DNA of 64,000 nt from contig CAVYNH010000004.1 of assembly GCA_963769885.1 (NCBI GenBank), positions 224,001 through 288,000 on the forward strand. The letters run 5' to 3'. Under the pieces are notes generated by a model. The model saw nothing but the letters and a program-made list of their open reading frames with translations, was not told the DNA's origin and did no database searches. Origin of the DNA: Methanobacteriota archaeon (GTDB lineage Archaea; Thermoplasmatota; E2; DHVEG-1). Position numbers and translations under genes: made by a program. Positions 9,529 through 20,557 of this stretch are shown here, piece after piece. How positions within the stretch are numbered: position 1 is the first letter of the stretch; every line of letters begins with the position of its first letter.

Positions 9529-12500
9529 TGCTGTTGGGCTTACCACTGCGGTGTTCGAAAACGTCGAATTCATATATTCGTGAGGGAACCCGACTGCCGG
9601 GGCAGCGTAGACCGTGGTGTCACCAATTAAGTTGTTGGCTTGTACACGATAGTAGTGTGCATTATTTGCCAAGATGGTCGTATCGGTATATGTGTTGGTG
9701 TTTTGTCCTACCATGAAATTCACTACGCCAGTCGTAAAACCGGAGTCGTCCGCTCTTTGGATAGTGAAGTTGGTTTCACTGAGAGATTTGTCCTGCCAGT
9801 TTAATTGGGCTGACCTGTTGCTCCCATTTACTATTACGAGAGCGGTAAGATTTGTCGGTGCTTTGGGTGCAACGCCAAACGACATTGCATGCATCATGTC
9901 CATCTCTTCATGACCTAAGATGTGGCAATGCCAGACATACTCCCAGCCGTAATTCACATAATGGTTGGTGACGGTCACTGGTTCTGCGATAGGGTCAACG
10001 AATCCACCAGGCGGACCTGCCAACGTAACGCCTTCTGGCATGGTTGGGTCGATGAGTCGAACACTATTCGGGACATCAAAAGGTAATGTGGGGGCTGTCG
10101 GTCGTACGGCGACGATTGTCTGCTCCAAGGGATTTACCCTCACGGTGTCCTTCCATCCCAGTTCATTGGCATCAGGCGGGAGAATCATGTTATCCCATCC
10201 GAGGCGGTTGATAAGTTGTACATTGAATAGATGGAAGTGGATGGCGTGCGTGTCGATCCCATTGTGTGTGATCCTCCAAATTTGGGTTCCGTCATTAGCG
10301 ACAGGACCGATTAGAGATATATTGCAGTCGTTGATAATATCGACAACTGGGCTTGCATACGGGTACAAAAGGAATCCTTGTTGTTGAGGTCCTGCGTTTG
10401 ATAGTTCAAGTCCTTCCATACCACTTGCTCTTCCGTAATCATCATAGACCGCGCTCATTTCGTCATGTAATGCCTTATCTTGGAAGGGGATCGTGAGTGT
10501 GGTATTGACGATGGTTGTGAAGGTATAGGCGGTGTCACCAATTCTAACGAAGTTATCCACGGGGAAGGTGCTGTTGTAGGCTGAGTCGTGGCCTGCTTGC
10601 GGTGCAATAATTGGGTTGTTATCTGCTTCAAAGACGCCCCGTTTCGCAGCGGTCTTGGCAAATACTGTGTTTAAAGCCGTGAGATTGTATGGAACGGCTG
10701 GAGTGGTGTTGTTCACCCGGAATTGCAGGATGGTTCTGGTGTTCGGACCATACCCGGGTTGAGTTGTCGGTGCGCCGCCGGACGCGGTGTTATCCATGCA
10801 TCCCGTAAAGTAATCGTTTCTTGGGTCTGCTGCTGGCCATGCTGCTGGACCATCATTGTACAGGATGATGGTTTTTCCCGCAAACTGGGAAAAGTCGATG
10901 ATGACATCAGCCCGTTCTGCTGGTACTAGGGCAAGTGCATGATCAAGGACGTTTCCGTAGTTGAAGGTTTTTGGGTTGAGATTAAAGGTGACCGGTTGGT
11001 TCGGTATGACTGTAGGTGCTGGCAGGAATCCTCCTTCAGTACCGATTTGGATAAAATTTGGTCCTACAGTGGTTGGATCAGGAGCACCACCGTCCCTTCC
11101 ATCGGTTGGCCATGTCTCAGGGAAACCAGGGGTAGGAACAGCAGGGACCATCTTGACTTCTGTGTTGGTTCTCCCATCCCAGGTTGTGACATTGGTGTCA
11201 GCTTGATATAACTGCAAGTTCAGGGATCTGTCGTTTCCAACACTTAATATCTTGAATCGATACGCTCTCGGTTCCACATTCATGAAGGGGTATGCAACAC
11301 CATTCACAAGCGGTGTGTCGCAAAACGCTTCCATGACCATAGACGTATCCGGCACTCCAAGTGTCATTTTCGGTTCCCAGGGGGCATTAATTGGATCGTA
11401 ATACGGATTTGGAACTGGTGGGTAGAGTATATCATTAGTTGGTGGGAAGAACCATGGACCGTAATCCCACCGTCCGAAGGCATTTGATCCATCGATTGCA
11501 CCAGCATTCTGATTTGGCATATAGACATGGGGGAACCACAGATCACCGGTATGTGCTGTCCCTGGTGTCGATCCCCAACGCCATAACGGGTCTTGATACC
11601 CAATCGTACTTGCATCAACGAAAGTTTTATCTTGAATAACCAAGGGAGTTCCTATGCCTGGAAGAACCTGTAAATGACCGGGGTTCACACCGGACACATC
11701 GGTACCCGCTATCAAGTCTTGTTCCACTTGATCGGTTAACACGTAGCCCGCTGCTTCACCAGCATAGACATTAAGACGAGTGACGCCGTATGCATGATCA
11801 TGGTAAAACATCAGCCGAGCGCTCTGTTGATTGGTGTAGTAAAACGTTAGAGATCCATTACCTGGATTCGTTGACGCTCCAGGCACCGGTGGCGTTGTTT
11901 GCCCAACTGTATTTGGGATAACGGTACCGTTCACGAACCACATATCAGGAACATACTGAACGCTCACACCCTTCGGGTATTGCGTCATTTCTCCAGCAGG
12001 CGTGGTCCATTGATGGGGCGTTCCATCGCTTATCCAAGGAGTCGCACCGCCATGCAAATGTATCGTCGCGCGATTCTGGGTGTAATTTTCTTTCATCCCA
12101 GGCATCATGGGCATATCAAGCGGCCCCATTCCCGCCCCCATCACCGTGGTATCGACCGGTATGAATAAATTTCCACCCATTCCGGTTGGCAGATAGTTGG
12201 TGAATCTAATCCGCACCGGGCGGTCGCGCATTGCGACAATATTGGGTCCCATATAGTGTGGGTTATCGACTCCATAGACTTGATTGCCGTAGGGATCTCG
12301 GATTGGCGTCCCATTGATATATGTCAAGGGAACATACAACCCAGGGACTGTCGGTGTTGAAATCTGAACATATCCTTCTAACAAAGTCGGTGGAAGATCG
12401 GTGTGCATCTTTTCCGTGTATTGCACAAGCCCTATCTCATAATAATCACAACCCGGATAGGTTGAATTATCAGGAGAAGCAATAACCATATACTGCCCTA

Positions 12501-13228
12501 GGTCATTTGCACCCGACGGGCCTAGACCTGGGAGACTGTCAACAAACTTCCTGATGCCGCCAGAGAGGACTCCGCCGATTGTTGCTGTCGCAACCGCACC
12601 TGAACCGGTTGGATCAGTGATAGTAACAATCGGCGAATTGTAATTGGCACCTCCGCTATTGAGAACGATACTGGTGATCACTCCATTTGTTACTACCGCG
12701 GTAGCGTTCGCCCATGAAGTTGGATTATAATAGAGATTAGTAATATTTACTATTGGGACCGTATAACCAGTGCCCCCCTTGACCAATGTAATGCTGGTAA
12801 CAGCACCTGTTGGAAGGGGGCTGTTCGCCCAATTTGGCCACGGACCAAAGAAATGAGGTTTTGTTGACCCATTTATTGGAAGCGGTGAAGGATTCGACCC
12901 TCCATTCTTGCCTTTGAAAAATGAGCTAAACAATTCTCGGAAACGCTCTCCTGCAGCTTGCCGTATTGCGGGTAACTCACGAGCTGCTTTCAGGGTACTC
13001 CGCAGCGTTTTTCAACTCTGGTGTTAAATATGGCAAAGTCGAATCTGTGTTCGCACCATTGATATTTCCAGATGATGTTGCTGAATAGGCTACAGAATTT
13101 GAAGCTGTTGACAAGTTTCCATCGGCTCTCGCAATGGTGTTTATGAACCCTGTTGAAATCATCGAAAATATGATGATTCCGATTACCATCTGCCTTATTT
13201 TTTCTTTCTTTTCTATAACAATCCTCAT
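7180..13228 (-). CDS. Secreted multicopper oxidase + FN3 + 9 putative-Ig repeats (~2000 aa; 1-nt frameshift at 13008-13012)
   Basis: All four Cu motifs: IHLHG, FYHDH, HAIHFH, WHCHILGHEEMDMM. The signal-peptide ORF (ATG 13228) joins the main ORF if one base is removed from the T5 run. Confidence 0.88.
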
Positions 13229-13431
13229 TTTTATTTTCACCAGACCATCGAGCTTCGCTCGGCTATAGAAATATATTTTCAAAATACGTGTGAAACACCT
13301 TTAAAACAATTAAAATTTATAACAGCAAGAGAAGGATGAGTGAACGGAAATAAAACTCTTTATTTTCTAATGATGTATGAATCATCGTTCCCGAATTATG
13401 CGTCAAAGAGAAAAAAAACCGTAGTAATCCG

Positions 13432-14355
13432 TTAAGGAAAAAATATAATGAAGAGAAAATACCCTATGAGCAGAAAATAAAAGATAAAGAAAGACCCTGC
13501 AGATCGAAACACAAGGGGATTGATTCTAGAGATATCAGCCTTATATTTTATTAGACTAGAAACAGAAAAATAGAAAGGCAATAAAGAGAAAAGCGCTACC
13601 AACCAATAATTAATTTCTCCCGTACTAACATGAAAGAACCCATAGAGTACAAAACAAAGCGAGGCAAGAAATGACGAGAGAGCCCCTACGATAAGTCCAA
13701 ACGAAATCCCCTTTTGGACCACTAATGTATTCTTATGACCTTGACGATCTGCTTCTCTATCCGGAATCTCGAGGTAAAAACTTAGACTAAATCCCTGGAA
13801 TAGCAAGGGAAGCAGGAGGAAGAAATAAGGGACATTGAGCTGACCTGCAAGGGCAAAATATCCCAATCCAGGGGCAAGTAACCCTACTGCAAGCATCGTA
13901 CATATCTCACCAAAACCATGATAGAGAAGTTGAATAGGAGGTGCAGTATAATACCATCCAAGAAGATTTCCACACAAAACAAGGATAAAAAATGTCACGG
14001 GATACGAGAAGACAATCATACCAATAAAACCTACTACGATTGAGAAGCCAAGGAAAAACAAAGACACCTGTTTTACTGTTCTCATCAATTCAGGGTGCTC
14101 CACCAGAATTCGACTGCCACCAGAAAAAAAGGTTTGTGCTGCATTCCTATCGACAGCAACATCGTTATAATTATTGTTGTACACTGCAGAGAGCGTCCCT
14201 GCGAAAAGGATCACGTAGACAAATAGAAATCGGACTATGTCAAAGCGTGCGCCAACAATAACAGCGAAGAGAGCACCAAGAAGATACACTAAAAAAACAC
14301 CATGAATAATTGGTCTCCCTAACCTAACAATCCGAGTAATTTTCTGCAGATCTAT
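13432..14355 (-). CDS. UbiA/MenA-family prenyltransferase
   Basis: NNYNDVAVD...FSGGSR and EIPDREADRQGHKNTL motifs, multi-TM. The frame extends upstream of 14289 (IVRLGRP) to an ATA codon at 14355. Confidence 0.85.
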   Translation of the reverse strand: MDLQKITRIVRLGRPIIHGVFLVYLLGALFAVIVGARFDIVRFLFVYVILFAGTLSAVYNNNYNDVAVDRNAAQTFFSGGSRILVEHPELMRTVKQVSLFFLGFSIVVGFIGMIVFSYPVTFFILVLCGNLLGWYYTAPPIQLLYHGFGEICTMLAVGLLAPGLGYFALAGQLNVPYFFLLLPLLFQGFSLSFYLEIPDREADRQGHKNTLVVQKGISFGLIVGALSSFLASLCFVLYGFFHVSTGEINYWLVALFSLLPFYFSVSSLIKYKADISRINPLVFRSAGSFFIFYFLLIGYFLFIIFFP

Positions 14356-14421
14356 GAATAACCCCCCATATAACTGATTGTTTTTCTAATAGGGATAGTA
14401 GATATCGATTGGATTGGCCAG

Positions 14422-14781
14422 CTATGGAACGGTTATTGACTTCGTGTTAAAGCCGAATAGAATGCAATACGCTGATACAGTGATAACATCTCCAGGGTTC
14501 GCAGATAGGTTATATTCATATTTGTTGAGGAAAAAGCTTGGCTGTCTAGAATAGAAATGCACTTGATCTACCACGCCATTTTTTTCGACCTCAATCCGAT
14601 AGATATAATGGATGGAACGAACCGGAGTTGCATGGGACACAGTCACCTTTAAGGTATGGGTATTTGCTTGATATTGAATCCTAAGGTACCGTGGCGGGGT
14701 AGCGTCGACGTTCTGGTGTACAAGAGATAAACTCATGAACAGGACGGTAATAAAAATCCCAGCGATTTTCAGGTATTTCAT
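14422..14781 (-). CDS. Secreted small beta protein, remote superoxide-reductase-like fold
   Basis: Signal peptide; VTVSH..IHYIYRIEV..AYCILFG pattern. Confidence 0.5.
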   Translation of the reverse strand: MKYLKIAGIFITVLFMSLSLVHQNVDATPPRYLRIQYQANTHTLKVTVSHATPVRSIHYIYRIEVEKNGVVDQVHFYSRQPSFFLNKYEYNLSANPGDVITVSAYCILFGFNTKSITVP

Positions 14782-16413
14782 CTACACCCCTCCTGACTCC
14801 ACCGTGATATGCCAAATTTCACCAGTAGTCAGTATCGGACCGACGGTCCGTTGGGTCAGTACATACAACTCACCGGATTCATCTGCTCCGATACCCATAA
14901 TGCGAAGATTCAATGGTTTATCGCCACTCAGACGAAACTCCATGTGCTTCCAAACATTTGGTGCACTCTCATTCATATAGTAGAGTTTTCCTCGGGGCTG
15001 GAAATAGGTAGCACTCCAGTCGCCATAGACGTAGTTACCGACAAGCGAAGGAAACTGAGTACCTCGATAGACAACCCCACCGATGACACAGTGGCCAACG
15101 TAATGGCTGTAATCATAGACTGGTGGAGAAAGCGAACTGATATTTATTCCAAGTAACGTGGCTAATGCTGGGTCATAGAGATGATTTCCTTCCATGATCC
15201 TCCATCCGTAATTACCTCCCTTCTGAACGATATCGATTTCTTCCCAGAGGTCTTGGCCAACATCGCCGACAAACAGCCGGCCGTTCAGACTGTCAAAAGA
15301 AAAACGGAATGGGTTACGGAACCCGTACGCGTAGATTTCATCAAGTCCATCCACACCGACAAATGGATTGTCCTCTGGTACGCTATACGGAGTACCGTGG
15401 TCAACATCGATCCGTAATATTTTTCCAAGCAACGTACTGATATTCTGTCCATTGCCGATAACCCCATGCGGGTCGCCCTCACCGCCACCGTCACCGACCC
15501 CGATGTAGAGAAAACCATCCGGCCCAAAGGCAAGTTGTCCGCCACAATGGTTGAAATCAGGTTGTTTGATACTCAGAATGATTCTTTCAGAATTTGGATC
15601 CACCATATTGGAATTATTCGCAAAGACCTGATATTCAGCAATAATGTCCAGATGATCTACGCCAGATTCATTTGCTGGGGCTGTATAATACACAAAGAAG
15701 CGATGGTTAGATATGAAATCAGGATGAAAAGCCAACCCCAACAATCCGCGTTCATCATACACGGGTATGAGTTTCACAATTTTCTTTGACAAATCGAGGA
15801 AAGGCGTAGATTGGAGAACGCCGTTCTCAAGGAGGAGAATTTTGCCGGTTTGCTCAGCAATATAAAGGCGACCTGAGCCATCACCAGCGCCTGTTAAAAT
15901 AATTGGTGCCTTCAAACCGCTGGCAATAGGATCAAGGCGAACAGCCAATGACTCTTCTAATCCAGGTAGGAGGGTCACTCGAATTCCGGTGACATGTGCT
16001 CTTGCAGTGGTTGTTGTAGTGTTCGCATTTGAAGCGTTTACAGTTGCTACAACATTGATTTTTCCAAATCCTATAATGAATGGTATTTTGACAATAGAAA
16101 CGCTGCCTGGGAAAATCAGGGGGATTGTGCCTGATGCTTTTTTACCAACAACGACCAGTCCACCAGATAATGTAACACTCCAATGAACATTGGTTGCATT
16201 GATACTGCCTGTATTTATAATAAAAGCACTCATGCCGAAGAGCTCATTGATTTTATAATCAACATTAAAACCGCTACTAACAAAATCAATTCCAAGTGTA
16301 GTCATAGCTGTTGTTTTATTTTCTGACGCCAGAACCTCTGAATGTAGTACCGTGGCAACACTGGCAAAACTTACTAGCATGGTGCAAAAAAAGGTTATGA
16401 TTTTTTTCCCCAT
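14782..16413 (-). CDS. Secreted PQQ-dependent sugar (glucose/sorbosone) dehydrogenase with N-terminal Ig/CARDB-like domain
   Basis: ERGLLGLAFHPDF, NHCGGQLAFGPDGFLYIGVGDGG, YAYGFRNPFRFSFD, GGNYGW. Confidence 0.9.
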   Translation of the reverse strand: MGKKIITFFCTMLVSFASVATVLHSEVLASENKTTAMTTLGIDFVSSGFNVDYKINELFGMSAFIINTGSINATNVHWSVTLSGGLVVVGKKASGTIPLIFPGSVSIVKIPFIIGFGKINVVATVNASNANTTTTTARAHVTGIRVTLLPGLEESLAVRLDPIASGLKAPIILTGAGDGSGRLYIAEQTGKILLLENGVLQSTPFLDLSKKIVKLIPVYDERGLLGLAFHPDFISNHRFFVYYTAPANESGVDHLDIIAEYQVFANNSNMVDPNSERIILSIKQPDFNHCGGQLAFGPDGFLYIGVGDGGGEGDPHGVIGNGQNISTLLGKILRIDVDHGTPYSVPEDNPFVGVDGLDEIYAYGFRNPFRFSFDSLNGRLFVGDVGQDLWEEIDIVQKGGNYGWRIMEGNHLYDPALATLLGINISSLSPPVYDYSHYVGHCVIGGVVYRGTQFPSLVGNYVYGDWSATYFQPRGKLYYMNESAPNVWKHMEFRLSGDKPLNLRIMGIGADESGELYVLTQRTVGPILTTGEIWHITVESGGV

Positions 16414-16761
16414 AGCATAGCTCCTTATATCGTAGAATGATAAAATATGAAGCCATTTATAGTAATATCTATAAAATGATTTAAAAACATATAAAAAATG
16501 TCTACAAAACAGATGTTCAATATTTTATGTCCTTAGAAAAGGCAATCCATTTATTAGAAAAAACCGAATCGTCTTTTCGTTGAATACTATTTAATTGCTT
16601 GGAGTAGTTCTTTTACAATGTTTCGCCGATCATGTTTCGACATTTTCTGCCGGATTCCTATCGCCTTACAGTTTCTGATGCACTCGATGCCTCAAACTCA
16701 GATTGAAATTACTTCGTATGGCGCATACCTTCGCTTAAGGCAAAGAAAAAAAGAGGAATGA

Positions 16762-17535
16762 TTACCCGATGTACCGGATATCCTCGGGTTTCTCCTTGAC
16801 CATGCTCTCCATCTCGTTAAGCTGCTGCGCGATGTACTCGATCTCCCGGGCCTTCTCCTCAAGCCTCGAGTAGTCGACCTTGATGTTCACCGCCTTCGTC
16901 AGCACCTTCAATACGGCCTTCGCGCTCTTCGGGTCCACCAGATACCCGGGCGTCTCGCCCATGAAGCACGTCCCGGCGATCCCACGCAGCTTCCCCAGCC
17001 CAAGCAGGAGACCGCTGGCGCCGATGATCCCGCCGCCCGGCTCGTTCTTCTTGAACACCGCACCGTACTTCTTCGTCTCCTTGACGAACTTCACGTCCGT
17101 CGTGGCAAACAGGACCTTGGGCTCCTTGATCTCCCGGCCCAGCCCATAGCCGCCCAGCGTGAACATATGCGAGACATGCAGTCTCTGGATCACGTTGAGG
17201 ATCGACTCGGCCAGCTCGTACTGCCCTTGCGACGACAGCCCCTGATAATCCCCAGTCAACAGGACGAGGTCATGCTGCCCCTTCTGTTTGGCCCGCCAGA
17301 AATAGAACTCGTTGTTCACCAGTTTCACCGTCCCATCCGGGTTAATGAACACCTGTGGTGGAAAATCCTTGCTATACAACTCGGCGAACTTCGTCGCCTT
17401 CAGCGTCTCAATCAAATGCTCCACGGCAAGCTTCCCGACGTTCCCAATCCCCGGCAGCCCCTCAATCAGAATCGGCGCCTTCAACTTCGGAATCTTCGCC
17501 GTGTACTTAATCGTGACCAGATTCATTTTCAGCAT
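16762..17535 (-). CDS. Proteasome assembly chaperone (PAC2 family)
   Basis: IEGLPGIGNVGKL, MGETPGYLVDPKSA; conserved position after nop10. Confidence 0.92.
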   Translation of the reverse strand: MLKMNLVTIKYTAKIPKLKAPILIEGLPGIGNVGKLAVEHLIETLKATKFAELYSKDFPPQVFINPDGTVKLVNNEFYFWRAKQKGQHDLVLLTGDYQGLSSQGQYELAESILNVIQRLHVSHMFTLGGYGLGREIKEPKVLFATTDVKFVKETKKYGAVFKKNEPGGGIIGASGLLLGLGKLRGIAGTCFMGETPGYLVDPKSAKAVLKVLTKAVNIKVDYSRLEEKAREIEYIAQQLNEMESMVKEKPEDIRYIG

Positions 17536-17690
17536 GCCTCCAGTTTCTTCAGCGCCCGGCGGTATTTCCCGTAATGATCCTGCGGGGAGAACCGCGCGGG
17601 TTTATTCACTATCGTCCGCCCTTTGCACTGCGGACAGACATCCTGCAGGGTATAACAATGACATTCTCGACAGAAATGAATCGCTGCCAT
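17529..17690 (-). CDS. nop10: H/ACA RNP protein Nop10
   Basis: YTLQDVCPQC...PARFSPQDHYGKYRR. Confidence 0.93.
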   Translation of the reverse strand: MAAIHFCRECHCYTLQDVCPQCKGRTIVNKPARFSPQDHYGKYRRALKKLEAC

Positions 17691-17694
17691 AGGC

Positions 17695-18480
17695 CTACTC
17701 GACGATCTCACGCTTGAACTCGAACTCGCCCTTGCCCTTCATCTTCGCCTGGACGCGTTCCACCGCCTTTTTCATCTGGTGCTCCGCGACCTTATAATCC
17801 GGCGCCTTCACCTTAATGATGTACCGAGGCGCGCTAATGTACTTCACCTCGATCGTCACATCCTCATACTCCGTGGACTCCGCAGTGGTCAGCGCCTCCT
17901 TGATAAACGAGACGCCGTTCGGCAGCGCCGACGACACCATCAACATCCCCTTGATCTCCACGAACGGGATGCTGATACTCTCCTTGGAAATCTTCTCAAA
18001 CGACTGGAGCCACTCACCGGAAAACCCGTCCTTCACCAGCGTGTTACAGTCGTACGCGCACTCCTCAAACGCCACATACAGCGACCCGTACTTCTTGATG
18101 AGCGCGTCGCCGAACTCACGGTAACAGGCCTCCACCGGCTTGTTGAGGTTCTTGGCAACCATCTCGAAGAGCCGCGTAGACTTCTGCGTGTTCTTCCATT
18201 CCTGGATCTTCTCCCGGCGCTGATGGTCGTTGACCTTCTTCAGCGACAGGTCGATGTGGTTCTTCTGCACGTCGACATTGACGACCTTGCAGACCACTTT
18301 TTGCTTTTCACGCACAAAATTGCGAATCCGCTTCACCCACCCGGTCGCAATCTCAGAAATATGAATGAAGCCTTCCTTCCCAGCGTACTCGTCTAAAGAA
18401 ACGAAGGCACCAAAATTCTGCACCTTAGTAATCGTACCGACAATAAGCTCCCCGTCGTCAGGGTACTCCTTCTTTTGCAT
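17695..18480 (-). CDS. eif2a: Translation initiation factor aIF-2 alpha
   Basis: S1 domain YPDDGELIVGT..GFIHISEIATGWV, HIDLSLK, YISAPRY; true start MQKKEY. Confidence 0.96.
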   Translation of the reverse strand: MQKKEYPDDGELIVGTITKVQNFGAFVSLDEYAGKEGFIHISEIATGWVKRIRNFVREKQKVVCKVVNVDVQKNHIDLSLKKVNDHQRREKIQEWKNTQKSTRLFEMVAKNLNKPVEACYREFGDALIKKYGSLYVAFEECAYDCNTLVKDGFSGEWLQSFEKISKESISIPFVEIKGMLMVSSALPNGVSFIKEALTTAESTEYEDVTIEVKYISAPRYIIKVKAPDYKVAEHQMKKAVERVQAKMKGKGEFEFKREIVE

Positions 18481-18493
18481 ACGTAGGTGGACC

Positions 18494-18670
18494 TTATTCG
18501 ATCGTCTCGAGAATGGTCCCTTTGATCTTCGCCTTGCCACCCGTCGGGGTCGCAAGGGTGCTGCTGCAGATGTGACAGAGCACCGTGTTGCTCGCCTTGT
18601 CGAACATCACCTGCTCGTTCTCGCAATCGTTGCAGCGGACCTTGATGAAGCGGCTCTTCGGCTGATCCAT
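18494..18670 (-). CDS. rps27e: 30S ribosomal protein S27e
   Basis: Hand translation: MDQPKSRFIKVRCNDCENEQVMFDKAS..CHICSSTLATPTGGKA; not in the ORF track. Confidence 0.95.
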   Translation of the reverse strand: MDQPKSRFIKVRCNDCENEQVMFDKASNTVLCHICSSTLATPTGGKAKIKGTILETIE

Positions 18671-18676
18671 ACTCGA

Positions 18677-18958
18677 TTATTCTCCTTCAATCTCAAACTT
18701 CTTCGACCGGATGCTGGCCGGCTGATACGTCTTCTTACAGATCGTACACGTGTACCGCGTGGCAATCCGCCGACTAGTCTTCTCCCGGCCCTCAGGCTTG
18801 GGCCGAGGGAACCCGCCATACCCACTCGTCGCACGCCGGAACCGGCGCTGACCGCGCTTCAGCTCACTCGCCTTCCGCTTCTTCATCCTGTCGACTTCTT
18901 GGAGCGTATGCTTCTTGCAGTACGGGCAGTAATGCTTGACCTTCCCAGGCATCTTCAT
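18677..18958 (-). CDS. rpl44e: 50S ribosomal protein L44e
   Basis: YCPYCKKHT..GYGGFPRP..CTICKK. Confidence 0.96.
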   Translation of the reverse strand: MKMPGKVKHYCPYCKKHTLQEVDRMKKRKASELKRGQRRFRRATSGYGGFPRPKPEGREKTSRRIATRYTCTICKKTYQPASIRSKKFEIEGE

Positions 18959-19025
18959 GGGTATCACGAGGTGGTACTAAGTATGGAGGGTAATAAGGAG
19001 GTTGTATATAAAAATGATAGGTGGT

Positions 19026-19682
19026 CTACTCTATGGGGACGAGGATGCCTCGTCTGAGGAGCGGCTCAGCCATCTCGGCCGGCAGCGTCAGCACGTCGTC
19101 CGCGCGCAGCTCATAGACGCGCAGGTCAGTGCCCACGAACGGCGGCATCGTCTGCGCCACCCGCAGTATCGGATGCGGGTTCGCCTGCACCTTCGAAACG
19201 ACCGGGGCTGCAGGCACCGGAGGCGCGGGTGAAGCAACGGGGGCCTGCGGAGGTGTTTTCAGGCTCGAGGCGACCGGGACCGAAGAGGCCGCAGACTCTT
19301 CTGGAGAGGATTCTTCGCCGAGGACCGCCTGCCGCGCCCTCGAAATCTCCCGCAACAGACGTTCATACAACGGTTGCTCCTCCTCCGCGAGGTTCCTAAT
19401 ATCGGGGACGCCGCCGCGGGCCGCGACCAACGCTGCCGCCACGATCTTCTTCTCCCGCAACTCATAGATCCCGGCGACCAGCTTGCGCGTGTTCGCCAAC
19501 TCCTCCGCAAACAACCGGCTCTTCTGCTGCTGCCTCTCAGATGCCACGCTCGACTCCAACGCCTTGAGGTACGCCGCGACATCATGGTAGTAGCCGGTCT
19601 CTAACTTTGTAAGGACTGCCGCGTTTTGCTCCGCCTGCTGCACCTTCCGCAACGACTTGTAGCTGACCGCTGGCTCCTCCAT
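19026..19682 (-). CDS. GINS replication protein (Gins51-type)
   Basis: A domain (LTKL..YY..RExKIV..NLAEEE) plus B domain (PPFVGTDLRVY..DVLTLP); adjacent to rpl44e as in the conserved cluster. Confidence 0.85.
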   Translation of the reverse strand: MEEPAVSYKSLRKVQQAEQNAAVLTKLETGYYHDVAAYLKALESSVASERQQQKSRLFAEELANTRKLVAGIYELREKKIVAAALVAARGGVPDIRNLAEEEQPLYERLLREISRARQAVLGEESSPEESAASSVPVASSLKTPPQAPVASPAPPVPAAPVVSKVQANPHPILRVAQTMPPFVGTDLRVYELRADDVLTLPAEMAEPLLRRGILVPIE

Positions 19683-19853
19683 AGTTGATTTTCCCAATCC
19701 TCAGCCTCACCTTTAAACTTGACTATCGATTCGTATCTTCACTGAAATTCACGACAACCCGAACCATCCAACCCATGTAACTATCAGCGAGTACATAAAC
19801 CTCCCACCGACCAAAGAAAGTATTCCCCCCATTTCAAAACAAAAATCGAACAT

Positions 19854-20507
19854 CTACACGAGACCAGACGTCGTAATCGCGAACTCCGCTCGTAGCCCCA
19901 CCGGCTGCCGCCGATGCCGCACCATCACCGCCTCACGCCGCGACGCGTCCACCCGCGACAACCCCACCACCGTCTTCACCATCGACTCCGTCTGCCGACT
20001 CGTAAATGGACGAATCTGACCCGCCTGATCCGTGTACACCTGCTCCGTCACTACCACCACAAGGCGCCGCTGCCGAGCCGCCACCTGCAACGTCGTCATC
20101 TGCCGTACAAACGACCGCACCGACTCCTCCAATTCCGCCCCCTGCTTCCCCCGGTATAACCCATTTACCGTATCCACCACGATCAACCCAAGGCCCTGCA
20201 GCCGTACCGCATGCGCCACCATCTTTTCCTGCGCCGAGAACGTTCCAGGTCGATAGAAAAACACGGTTCGCAGCACGTCATTGAACACCGATTCGGAGCA
20301 AATCTGCCGCAGTCGCTCCACCGACACTCCCGCCGTGTCCACATACACGGACTTCTTCCCCGCCGCGGCGCATTCCCGGACTGCCTGCAGGCAGCAGTTC
20401 GTCTTCCCCGTCCCCGACTCGCCGTACAACTTGGTGATGATTCCCACTTCCAGTCCACCCCCAAGCAAAACGTCCAGCGACGGGCAGCGTAACGGCAGAA
20501 ATGTCAT
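19854..20507 (-). CDS. radB: DNA repair and recombination protein RadB
   Basis: LDVLLGGG, Walker A GESGTGKT, short RecA core without N-terminal domain. Confidence 0.88.
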   Translation of the reverse strand: MTFLPLRCPSLDVLLGGGLEVGIITKLYGESGTGKTNCCLQAVRECAAAGKKSVYVDTAGVSVERLRQICSESVFNDVLRTVFFYRPGTFSAQEKMVAHAVRLQGLGLIVVDTVNGLYRGKQGAELEESVRSFVRQMTTLQVAARQRRLVVVVTEQVYTDQAGQIRPFTSRQTESMVKTVVGLSRVDASRREAVMVRHRRQPVGLRAEFAITTSGLV

Positions 20508-20557
20508 CAGTTCAAGGAACGGTCCTCCCCCTGATAAAACCTTATGGCTCTGCAGGC

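Larger units (their letters stand above)
1..16750. other. AT-richer accessory region (putative genomic island; left end outside the window)
   Basis: Abrupt switch to GC-rich codon usage at the 3' end of the PAC2 gene; accessory gene content. Confidence 0.6.

Noticed and set aside
16618-16761. 47-codon ORF at the island boundary as an integrase remnant
   Set aside because: No recognisable recombinase or transposase motif.
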